48,655 nucleotides of DNA from Alphaproteobacteria bacterium (lineage in GTDB: Bacteria; Pseudomonadota; Alphaproteobacteria; Rs-D84). Shown piece after piece: positions 33,403 to 42,118 of the stretch. How positions within the stretch are numbered: position 1 is the first letter of the stretch; each line of letters opens with the position of its first letter. The stretch covers positions 1 to 48,655 of the forward strand of contig JAFZVH010000013.1 of NCBI GenBank assembly GCA_017617915.1, written 5' to 3'. Position numbers and translations under genes: made by a program. The notes beneath the pieces are model-generated. The model was given only the letters and a program-made list of their open reading frames with translations, did not search any database and was not told the DNA's origin.

Positions 33403-34416
33403 ATGAATGATTTATTTGAACGTTTGTTGATATTGCGCAGCCCAAAAATTGGACCAGCAACCTATAACGATTTGCTTGGTCGTTTTGGAACGCCCGCCGC
33501 GGTTGTTGATTTTTTGAGTCCCTCCCAAGATCTGCGGGATGCGGTTAGTCGTGAACTGGATGCGGCACAAGAATTAGATGTAAAGTTTGTATCTGATTCG
33601 GATGATTATTATCCAGCCGCGTTAAAACAAATAAAAAATCATCCGCCAATATTATCTGTTCGCGGAAATTTGGATGCATTGCGGCGCGAATCGGTTTCGA
33701 TTGTTGGAACAAGGCATGCAACAGGCACTGGAATGAATTTTGTTGCGGATATGGCAGCGGCATTTGCACAGCATTCTGTCGCGGTTGTGTCGGGTATGGC
33801 GATGGGAACAGATTCGGCGGCACATCGTGGGGCGCTGCGGGCGGCGGGCAACGCGAATACAATTGCGGTGTTGGCGGGCGGTGTAGATTATATTTGGCCA
33901 TTGGAAAACGAATCGTTGTACTACGAGATTTTATCGCGTGGCGCAATTGTTAGTGAAATGCCCATAGGCTTTGTTCCAAAAGGAACAAACTTTGTGCAAA
34001 GAAATCGAATCATTGCTGGAATCGGCACCAAACTAATTCTGTCCGAGGCGGATTTAGGTTCGGGCAGTATGAAAACCGCTGAATTTGCAATACAAATGGG
34101 TCGTCAAATATATGCGGTGCCGTCGCATCCCGCCGATTCGCGGGCCACAGGACCAAATTCTCTGATTCGGTCTGGGGCAGCAATATTGTGCCAAGGGCTG
34201 CAAGATTTCTTTGTGGCAGACCAAAAAACGCAAAAAGAGATAAAAAAATCCGAATCGGAAAATGCGATTCTTGATAAAATTGGAACTGTTCCAGTATCAG
34301 AATCTGTATTGGCAGAGATTGTCGGAAAAAATATTTCGGAAATTAAACGAGAACTCGTCATATTAGAATTGCAAGGTTTAATAAGAAAAACAGATTTAGG
34401 TTATGTTCGTGCATAG
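33403..34416 (+). CDS. dprA: DNA-processing protein DprA (Smf)
   Basis: SIVGTRHATGTGMNFV...VVSGMAMGTDSAAHRGAL...TIAVLAGGVD..YP.EN...VQRNRIIAG. Confidence 0.9.
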   Translation: MNDLFERLLILRSPKIGPATYNDLLGRFGTPAAVVDFLSPSQDLRDAVSRELDAAQELDVKFVSDSDDYYPAALKQIKNHPPILSVRGNLDALRRESVSIVGTRHATGTGMNFVADMAAAFAQHSVAVVSGMAMGTDSAAHRGALRAAGNANTIAVLAGGVDYIWPLENESLYYEILSRGAIVSEMPIGFVPKGTNFVQRNRIIAGIGTKLILSEADLGSGSMKTAEFAIQMGRQIYAVPSHPADSRATGPNSLIRSGAAILCQGLQDFFVADQKTQKEIKKSESENAILDKIGTVPVSESVLAEIVGKNISEIKRELVILELQGLIRKTDLGYVRA

Positions 34417-34783
34417 AAAAATGTATGTATATACATTGTCTATACAAAGCGCAGAAATCTAGTAAAAAAACGAATCGTGTCAAAAAATAAATTTGAAAAA
34501 ATTTAATAACATTTGGTTGCAAATAGAAATGAATCTTATACATTGTTTATCGTAATCAAGGCGCAGTAAGTATGAAAAAGGTTGTGAGATTTTAGGATTG
34601 ATTACGAAAGGAAGTTATAGGTATCAGACTTAATTGAAAAGAGAGGGTAGGGTGTACATAACAAAGCGTTAAATTTTATTGAAACATTTATGTTTGGTAA
34701 AATTTGGCGTTTGTATGCAGGTGGCTTTTGCATACCTTGCACCGGCAGGAAACTCTTTCGAAGAAAGGACAAGGAGAAACGAC

Positions 34784-36058
34784 ATGCAGGCAGCGATTTT
34801 GACAAAGCAAATAGATCTGGATGCAATCAAAACCAAGATTGCAGAGAGAATGGATGCGGCCTGTTTTTCTGCTTGGATTTCCCCACTTACAATAAAAATT
34901 TCTGATAATCAACTGGTGTTTGCGGCACCGAATCAATTTACTGCGGACTATGTGGGTGCGACATATTCAAATATATTAAACGATGTTGCCGCGGAATATG
35001 GATTGAACGCAACTGTTTATGTTGAAAATATGCATTCTGTTCGTCGCGAAAATGCGAATGACAACAATACGCAAACATATACCGCGCCAATGGCCGAAAA
35101 ATCTGATGATAACTTCGATGCTTTTATCGCATCCGAAGAAAACGCATTTATATTGTCGGCATGCAAAAAGGTTGCGTCCAAGGCGGCAACATTTTCACCA
35201 TTGTTTATTTATGGACCGGCGGGATGCGGTAAAACATTACTGGCAAATTCCATAAATGCGGCGGCACGTGGGCGGACGGTTATGATGTCTGGGGCGGCGT
35301 TTGTTTCTGAATTTGCACGTGCGTTGCAAAACAAGACAATTTTCGCATTCAAAGATTACTGCCGCAATGTTGATACGTTTATCTTGGATGATGTTCAGGT
35401 TTTGGCTGGTAAACGCGCCACCTGTGAAGAGTTTTTACAACTGCTTGTTGATTTACGTGGGGCGGGGAAACAAATCATATTGACTGCAAATGCGGCGCCA
35501 AGTAATCTTACCGGTTTTGATCACAGGGCCCAGTCTTTGTTCGCGTCCGGCTTGGTTGCAGATGTCGCGGCACCGAATCGCGCGGTTCGTTGCGAAATGT
35601 TCCGTCGTGCGGGTGTTGATGCAGGTTTGGCGGATACACTTGCGGGGCGTGTAATGTCGAACGGTCATATAATTTCTGGCATAGTTACCAAGATAAAAGC
35701 ATATGGCGAAATAATGGGCGAAAAAATAAATGCGTCGATTGCGGAAAAAATACTGTCTGATTCATTACAGAAATCCAAATCGCCGATTTTAATTGTAAAA
35801 TCCATGTGTGAAAAATTGGGTGTGTCGTATGACGCGGTCTGTGGAAATGGGCGTGCGCGCGCATTGGTTTTGGCGCGTCAGATGATGATGGTCGTATTGA
35901 AAAATGTGACGACATTATCACTGTCCGAAATTGGTTCTTATGTTGGTGGGCGCGACCATGCAACGGTTATGTATGGTATCGACAGAATTGAAAAAATCCA
36001 AGATTCTGATTTGGTTATGGCATCCCAAATCGCCCAGATGATCGAAGAGTATAAGTAA
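34784..36058 (+). CDS. dnaA: chromosomal replication initiator DnaA
   Basis: RBS AAGGAGAAA, Walker A GPAGCGKT, Walker B FILDDVQ and domain IV LSLSEIGSYVGGRDHATVMYGIDRIE. Confidence 0.95.
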   Translation: MQAAILTKQIDLDAIKTKIAERMDAACFSAWISPLTIKISDNQLVFAAPNQFTADYVGATYSNILNDVAAEYGLNATVYVENMHSVRRENANDNNTQTYTAPMAEKSDDNFDAFIASEENAFILSACKKVASKAATFSPLFIYGPAGCGKTLLANSINAAARGRTVMMSGAAFVSEFARALQNKTIFAFKDYCRNVDTFILDDVQVLAGKRATCEEFLQLLVDLRGAGKQIILTANAAPSNLTGFDHRAQSLFASGLVADVAAPNRAVRCEMFRRAGVDAGLADTLAGRVMSNGHIISGIVTKIKAYGEIMGEKINASIAEKILSDSLQKSKSPILIVKSMCEKLGVSYDAVCGNGRARALVLARQMMMVVLKNVTTLSLSEIGSYVGGRDHATVMYGIDRIEKIQDSDLVMASQIAQMIEEYK

Positions 36059-36123
36059 AATTATTCATTTTGTCTTTTTGGCCGCTTGTGATAAAATATA
36101 TTGATAAGTGCAAGAGGGCAAAG

Positions 36124-37125
36124 ATGAAAAGATTTCTTGTTATTTTAGCAGTTTTATTCGGTGTGCAATATGGCGCATGGGCTGATTTTGTGTGTAACAC
36201 TAGCTCTTTTTCTGTGAATAGTCAGGATGGACAAAAAAACGAGGCGTGTTATACAGGGGACGGTTTTGTAGAACTGATGGTGCATTTTGGTACAGGGCTA
36301 AAGACAGCCACTGATTATACCGATGTTAAATCATATTTAGAGAAGGTCGCACAAGATATAGGGCATATCATTGTTATAGGTTCTGCGGATATGCAACCAT
36401 ATAAAAGTGGTGATAGTTGGAAGAAAAACGCAACATTATCAGAAGAACGCGCCAAGTGGGTGATAGATAAGGTTTTACCTGGGTCAATTAAAAATAGTTG
36501 CAATTTGGATGGCAGGGAAACGGAACTCTGTTCGGTATATGTTACAGGCAGTGCGAATGATTATGCGAATTCTAATGGGGCGGCGGATGCCAATGTTGAT
36601 GAGCGTGTTGCCCATATATATGTTATTTGGAAATCTGCAAGATGTTCAAAAAATCTGGTTGATAATTTGAAAAGATATAAAGAAGCATTGGCTAGTTGTG
36701 CTTGGGCGGCGCAGTCTAGTAAGACAGGGTTGCTGGATGTTTGTAAAACTGAAGGTGTTATTGTAGTTGGAAATAAAGCGATTGAATTGTCTGAATTTTT
36801 GGCCGAAGCAGGTTTAAATTGTATGAATATTAAACAAATCAATGACGAGGTTGGTATATCAATTGAAATTGCGTATCAAAAAATCAACAGGTTCTTTAAT
36901 GGGTTAGGGTTATCGGTGTGGCGCGACAGAGATGGTAATTTTAATACTGCGCGTTTGGCGTCCGATTCGATTGCGGCGGTTGTATTGGGAACCGCGGGTG
37001 GTTTAATTACCAGTAAATTGGTCAAAAAGAATCAGATTAAAAAGGGTTTTGAAGATTTAAATTGCAGCATTGGCGGTCAGCGCGTTGCCACCTTTGGTGA
37101 TGAATTTAGCGTTGGATTGCAATAA
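36124..37125 (+). CDS. hypothetical secreted protein with weak OmpA/MotB-like segment and C-terminal glycine-rich hydrophobic segment
   Basis: Signal peptide MKRFLVILAVLFGVQYGAWA. IIVIGSADMQPYKSGDSWKKNATLSEERAKWVIDKVL resembles the GhTD..G...N..LS..RA..V motif. Also SIAAVVLGTAGGLITSKLVKK. Confidence 0.45.
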   Translation: MKRFLVILAVLFGVQYGAWADFVCNTSSFSVNSQDGQKNEACYTGDGFVELMVHFGTGLKTATDYTDVKSYLEKVAQDIGHIIVIGSADMQPYKSGDSWKKNATLSEERAKWVIDKVLPGSIKNSCNLDGRETELCSVYVTGSANDYANSNGAADANVDERVAHIYVIWKSARCSKNLVDNLKRYKEALASCAWAAQSSKTGLLDVCKTEGVIVVGNKAIELSEFLAEAGLNCMNIKQINDEVGISIEIAYQKINRFFNGLGLSVWRDRDGNFNTARLASDSIAAVVLGTAGGLITSKLVKKNQIKKGFEDLNCSIGGQRVATFGDEFSVGLQ

Positions 37126-37162
37126 AAAAATAAACCACTATTCCGCCACGTTTCACGTGGCA

Positions 37163-37188
37163 CCCCTTCGCCAGCGAAGGGGATTTTT
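37163..37188 (+). terminator. rho-independent terminator (preceded by a second hairpin gccacg-tttca-cgtggc)
   Basis: ccccttcg-ccag-cgaagggg followed by ATTTTT. Confidence 0.75.
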
Positions 37189-39667
37189 AAAACCTATCAT
37201 GTGTGCGGATAAAACTGCGCATAAAGGCAGGATCGAAATAACGCATAATTTCCGAGATTGAATATTGCCTGCGACCATTTGGCGAAACCAATACTGATAC
37301 ATTTACCGGTTCTGGGGCGGTGGCGCGCATTATTATGTCCAAACGCGCGTTCATCGCGCCGTTTGTAATCGCCAGTATTCCGGTTGCATCTGCATGATAC
37401 AATGACAATGCAATTGGTGCGGTTGTTGCAAAATTGCCATTATCGTATTTCCCTATAATTCGCATTGTCTTTATGCGGCTGTATCCAGATTCCAATGCGC
37501 GCATAAGTTCGCTTTCGACATTCAGGCGGTTTAACTTGTCCGCCGCACTGTAAAAATTATCCAAACCCAATCCGACAATATAACCCCCGTCAAATGTTAA
37601 ATCGACATCCCCAGACATATTGTACCAGATATCATGCGCAATATGCCCAGAGGTTTTAAGGTTTATTTCCGCGGTAATAGATGTGTCCATGATATTCAAT
37701 GGATAATTTGTGTTTAGTAATTTGCCATTTATTACGAATCTGTTCAGTTGCATAAAGATTTCATAGTTGGCGCGTTCCTTGATAATAGTGGCCAGCAAGT
37801 TTCCGCGCGCATTATCACTGATTGAAAATGTTTGGGTGTCAGATTTTAATGAATACACAAAATTTTTGTATATATTTTCATCGTAAATCAGTGTGTCGGC
37901 GTTTAGGTACAAGTTCTTGTCCAATCCAAACGGCAGCAATATTGGTGCATTTGATAAAAATTCCATTTCTTCGATATTTGCAAAATATTCTGGATTCAAA
38001 AATGCGCCCAGTTCCAAAACATCTGTGTTTAATGTAATACCATTTGAATCAAGCGCACCAGTAAATATATGCCCCGCGATTTTTATTGTCAGGTTTGATA
38101 TGTCGCCCTTGTCATTATAATAACCAGATACAGTATAAGGCATATCTTGCAAAGCACGCAAATCCAAGTTTGGCAGCCAGTCTTTGAAGTTTACGCCATT
38201 TACCAAAAAGAAATTGTTTTGCAATGTCAATGCCCATCGATTTGATTTTGGTACGAAACTCATAGTGTCGCCGTTCCAAACCATATTGCCAATTTCAGCC
38301 GTCATAAAATCTGGCAACAATTTAATATGCGGATTCAGCCATTTGAGATTTTTTCCATATACATAATTGTAATCTATTTTTGTGCCTTGGCGATTCGATA
38401 TATAACGACCACCAATATTTTTGAACTTGAATTTAATATCTATGTTTTTGCTGTTCAGCAATTTTACATAAGATTCCAATTCATTTGGTGAAACCGCGTG
38501 CGCCGACATCAATCCCCCAGTTATACCGTTTTTATTTTTTTCTATAAAGCCTGATAGGTCGCCATATACGAATTTGCTGCATCCCCAGCTTGATGGCGCC
38601 CCAGAAAATAAACATTGTGTTGCGTTGCCATCAAAGTTCGTATTTATCATTATATCGTGTGCACCATTTGCATCGATAATTCCACCAACAAATGTCGTGC
38701 CATCTGCAACGATTTTTTCAATTTGTATGTATTGTTCTGTACCGACAAGGTCCAGTTTTACATGACGAAAAGTTTTATTTTCAAATGTTAAATCGCCATA
38801 AAAATCTAAACTCAAACTGGTATTGTTTAAAACTTGCACAGGGTGCGCAAGAAACGAAAAGTCAAACTCTGTATCGTCAGAATACAGTGAAATAGTGCGC
38901 CGCCCATTTGGCATAATTTCTATATTGCCGCGAATATTATTTGCGACGATGTTGTTAAATTTAAATCCATATTCGCCGTCCCACCAAAAGTCTGTAACTA
39001 ATTTTACTGGAATATTTATTTTCGGTGTGTCAAATTCAAACCAAGAATTTATTTTGTCTGTGGTTATTTCAAGTACGCCTGATGCCGCCCCAGAATTATA
39101 CAGTGTGCCACTGATATTCAAATCTAGATTTTTATTTGTAATTGTGAAATCGCGGTCATGAAAACTTATTTCGTATTTATGTTGGCCTGTGCGAATCAGA
39201 CCATTAAAGGTTCCGCGCGCAAAAGTGCCATCTATTATAAAATAATCTTTGTCCATAAAGTTTACGACAGAATCGCGAACGGTTACATCGTATTTTAAAT
39301 TGCCTGTGCCCAGCGAAGTTAGTTTTATATTCGCGCCAGATACGGATACTGGTCCATTTAACTTTGTGTTTTTGATATTGAACAGACCAGAAAATGGGAT
39401 TTTCATAGATACTGTTTCAATATCACCATAGGGGGATTTTACATCGTGTGCAATAATAGTCGTTTTACCCAGCACACCAAATGTTATATCGCCTGCGATT
39501 TTTATTGGCATACCTGTTTCAGCCGTAACAGCGGATTCCAAACGCGCCCGCATATAGTTCAGGTTCATCATTGTTGGCGCAACCAGTGCAGATATACACG
39601 CCACAGCGGCAATGACAAATATCCACCAAAAGGTTCTGTGTTTATGTTTCGGCTTGATTTTTACCAA
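37187..39667 (-). CDS. large AsmA-family-like envelope protein
   Basis: Basic N-terminus plus a TM segment (FWWIFVIAAVACISALVAP), then an ~800-aa beta-rich periplasmic region with an AsmA-like N-terminal block (LESAVTAETGMPIKIAGDITFGVLGKTTIIAHDV). TTG 39667 is preferred because AGGGAG lies 7 nt upstream; the track ORF extends to 39721. Confidence 0.55.
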   Translation of the reverse strand: MVKIKPKHKHRTFWWIFVIAAVACISALVAPTMMNLNYMRARLESAVTAETGMPIKIAGDITFGVLGKTTIIAHDVKSPYGDIETVSMKIPFSGLFNIKNTKLNGPVSVSGANIKLTSLGTGNLKYDVTVRDSVVNFMDKDYFIIDGTFARGTFNGLIRTGQHKYEISFHDRDFTITNKNLDLNISGTLYNSGAASGVLEITTDKINSWFEFDTPKINIPVKLVTDFWWDGEYGFKFNNIVANNIRGNIEIMPNGRRTISLYSDDTEFDFSFLAHPVQVLNNTSLSLDFYGDLTFENKTFRHVKLDLVGTEQYIQIEKIVADGTTFVGGIIDANGAHDIMINTNFDGNATQCLFSGAPSSWGCSKFVYGDLSGFIEKNKNGITGGLMSAHAVSPNELESYVKLLNSKNIDIKFKFKNIGGRYISNRQGTKIDYNYVYGKNLKWLNPHIKLLPDFMTAEIGNMVWNGDTMSFVPKSNRWALTLQNNFFLVNGVNFKDWLPNLDLRALQDMPYTVSGYYNDKGDISNLTIKIAGHIFTGALDSNGITLNTDVLELGAFLNPEYFANIEEMEFLSNAPILLPFGLDKNLYLNADTLIYDENIYKNFVYSLKSDTQTFSISDNARGNLLATIIKERANYEIFMQLNRFVINGKLLNTNYPLNIMDTSITAEINLKTSGHIAHDIWYNMSGDVDLTFDGGYIVGLGLDNFYSAADKLNRLNVESELMRALESGYSRIKTMRIIGKYDNGNFATTAPIALSLYHADATGILAITNGAMNARLDIIMRATAPEPVNVSVLVSPNGRRQYSISEIMRYFDPAFMRSFIRTHDRF

Positions 39668-39685
39668 TGTTCTCTCCCTTGTTTT

Positions 39686-39699
39686 TTCATTATAATGAA
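39686..39699. promoter_or_regulatory. 14-bp perfect palindrome TTCATTATAATGAA giving overlapping divergent -10 hexamers
   Basis: TATAAT reads on the + strand (39691-39696) and on the - strand (39689-39694). It lies between the asmA-like gene and uvrB. Confidence 0.45.
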
Positions 39700-39707
39700 T
39701 TATACTC

Positions 39708-41702
39708 TTGGTTGTGAACAAAAAAATTTTTGATCTTGTAAGCGATTATAAACCTATGGGGGACCAGCCGGCCGCCATATCTGAACTGGTCGGCGGGGTC
39801 AGGGTAGGGCGCAGATCCCAAGTCTTGCTTGGGGTAACTGGGTCGGGTAAAACCTTTACTATGGCAAACGTAATCGCCCAGTTGGGGCGGCCCGCGTTGC
39901 TGATGGCGCCGAATAAAATCTTGGCGGCGCAACTGTACACGGAAATGAAGTCCTTTTTCCCAAACAATCATGTGGAATATTTTGTTTCCTATTATGATTA
40001 TTACCAGCCCGAAGCATACTTGCCCACAACCGATACATATATAGATAAAGATGCGTCAATAAATGACCAGCTGGATCGTATGCGACACAGTGCGACACGC
40101 GCGATGCTGGAAGAGCGTGATGTTATTGTTGTTTCTTCGGTGTCTGCAATTTATGGTCTGGGTACGCCAGAGCAATATTCTGAAATGAAATTGGCATTGC
40201 ATACTGGCGATGTTATTGGGGTCAGTGATGTTATTCGTGAATTGGTGAATATTCAATACAAGCGAAATGATATTGCGCTGGAACGCGGAAACTTTCGTGT
40301 GCGTGGTGATACATTGGATGTTTTTCCTTCGCACAGTCAAGACAGGGCGTGGAAAATATCTTTCTTTGGTGATGAAATCGAAGAAATTTGGGAATTTGAT
40401 GTTTTAACTGGCGCGAAACTTAGAAAACTGGACAGAGTCGTTGTATATCCAAATACACATTATGCGACACCTATGCCATCTATATTACAGGCGATTGGAA
40501 ATATTCGTGATGATTTGGAACAGCGCATAAAATATTTTCACGAAAATATGAAGTATATAGAAGAACAGCGTCTGCGCGAACGCGTGAATTTGGATATAGA
40601 AATGATGCAGTCCACAGGAACCTGTCGCGGTATTGAAAATTATTCGCGTTATTTGTCTGGGCGGTTACCCGGTCAGCCACCACCAACACTGTTTGAATAT
40701 TTGCCGAAAGACGCGGTTTTGTTCATAGATGAAAGTCATGTGACAGTGCCACAAATATCGGCGATGTCGCGTGGGGACAGGGCGCGCAAGGAAACATTGG
40801 CGCAATATGGATTCAGACTGCCGTCTTGTGTTGATAACAGACCGCTTACTTTTGATGAATGGGATGCAATGCGTCCGCAAACAATTTTTGTTTCCGCAAC
40901 ACCCGCGGAATGGGAATTGAATCAGGCGGGCGGAATAGTCGCAGACCAAGTCATTCGGCCAACGGGTTTGTTGGACCCCGAATGTTTTGTGCGCCCAATC
41001 AAAAATCAAGTTGATGATTTGTTAGCCGAGGTTAAATCTTGCAAAGGCCGTGTTTTGGTGACAACGCTTACGAAAAAAATGGCGGAACAGTTGACGGACT
41101 ATTTTGTAGAAAATGGTGTGCGTGCACGGTATCTGCACAGTGATATTGAAACACTGGAACGCATTGATTTGTTGCGTGATTTGCGTATGGGAAAATTTGA
41201 TGTTTTGGTTGGTATCAACTTGCTGCGCGAAGGTTTGGATGTGCCAGAGTGTGAATTGGTGGCAATTATGGATGCAGATAAAGAAGGCTTCTTGCGTTCT
41301 ACGCGTTCACTGATTCAAACCATAGGGCGCGCGGCGCGCAATGCAAACGGTCGTGTAATTTTATACGCAGATGTGATAACAGATTCCATGCAGGCCGCTT
41401 TGGATGAAACGAATCGGCGACGTGCAAAACAAATGGCGTATAATACCGAACATGGAATAACACCAAAAACTGTGACCAAGGCGGTGTTTGATGAAGTTAG
41501 GGCAAAGCAAGAAAAAGTTGATAAAAAACAAAGATTTTTGTATTCTAAAACAGGATTGGTTGATGCGGAAACTTTGCGCGCAGAAATTAAAAAACTGGAT
41601 AAAAAGATGCGTGCGGCGGCGGACAATTTGGACTTTGAAACCGCGGCAGAGATTCGCGATACTATCCACAGAATGCAAGACGACTTGTTGTTATTGGAGT
41701 AA
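39708..41702 (+). CDS. uvrB: excinuclease ABC subunit B
   Basis: GDQPAAI, Walker A GVTGSGKT, DESH box (FIDESHVT), helicase motifs and a C-terminal UVR domain (DFETAAEIRD). The start is TTG 39708 or GTG 39714. Confidence 0.97.
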   Translation: MVVNKKIFDLVSDYKPMGDQPAAISELVGGVRVGRRSQVLLGVTGSGKTFTMANVIAQLGRPALLMAPNKILAAQLYTEMKSFFPNNHVEYFVSYYDYYQPEAYLPTTDTYIDKDASINDQLDRMRHSATRAMLEERDVIVVSSVSAIYGLGTPEQYSEMKLALHTGDVIGVSDVIRELVNIQYKRNDIALERGNFRVRGDTLDVFPSHSQDRAWKISFFGDEIEEIWEFDVLTGAKLRKLDRVVVYPNTHYATPMPSILQAIGNIRDDLEQRIKYFHENMKYIEEQRLRERVNLDIEMMQSTGTCRGIENYSRYLSGRLPGQPPPTLFEYLPKDAVLFIDESHVTVPQISAMSRGDRARKETLAQYGFRLPSCVDNRPLTFDEWDAMRPQTIFVSATPAEWELNQAGGIVADQVIRPTGLLDPECFVRPIKNQVDDLLAEVKSCKGRVLVTTLTKKMAEQLTDYFVENGVRARYLHSDIETLERIDLLRDLRMGKFDVLVGINLLREGLDVPECELVAIMDADKEGFLRSTRSLIQTIGRAARNANGRVILYADVITDSMQAALDETNRRRAKQMAYNTEHGITPKTVTKAVFDEVRAKQEKVDKKQRFLYSKTGLVDAETLRAEIKKLDKKMRAAADNLDFETAAEIRDTIHRMQDDLLLLE

Positions 41703-41707
41703 TATAG

Positions 41708-42118
41708 ATGCAAACATTTATAACAAAAGATTTGAATGATACTCATAATTGGGCGCAGAAATTTGCGGAAACTTTGCACGCGCCAATGACGATTGCGCTG
41801 CATGGTGATTTGGGCGTTGGTAAATCAGAAATTGCGCGCGTGATAATTCAAACCCTGTGTGGCGCGGATACTGTGGTACCAAGCCCAACTTTTACAATTG
41901 TTCAATCTTATGTTGGTGCGCATGATAAAATATCGCACTTTGATTTATATCGTATTGCCGATGTTGCAGAACTGGTTGAAATAGGCCTGCAACATGCGAT
42001 TCAAAATGATATTACTTTGATAGAATGGCCTGATATTGCGCGTGATATGTTACCAGAAAACACAGTGCATATTTATATTTCTGAATACGCGGATGGACGA
42101 AAAATCGAAATTCACTAG
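41708..42118 (+). CDS. tsaE: tRNA t6A37 biosynthesis ATPase TsaE
   Basis: LHGDLGVGKSEIAR...VPSPTFTIVQSY...HFDLYRI...TLIEWP. Confidence 0.9.
   Translation: MQTFITKDLNDTHNWAQKFAETLHAPMTIALHGDLGVGKSEIARVIIQTLCGADTVVPSPTFTIVQSYVGAHDKISHFDLYRIADVAELVEIGLQHAIQNDITLIEWPDIARDMLPENTVHIYISEYADGRKIEIH

Noticed and set aside
39668-39721. Track start (TTG 39721) of the asmA-like ORF overlapping uvrB
   Set aside because: It would place the start upstream of the palindromic -10 element and overlap the divergent uvrB start. TTG 39667 has an AGGGAG SD. This remains uncertain.
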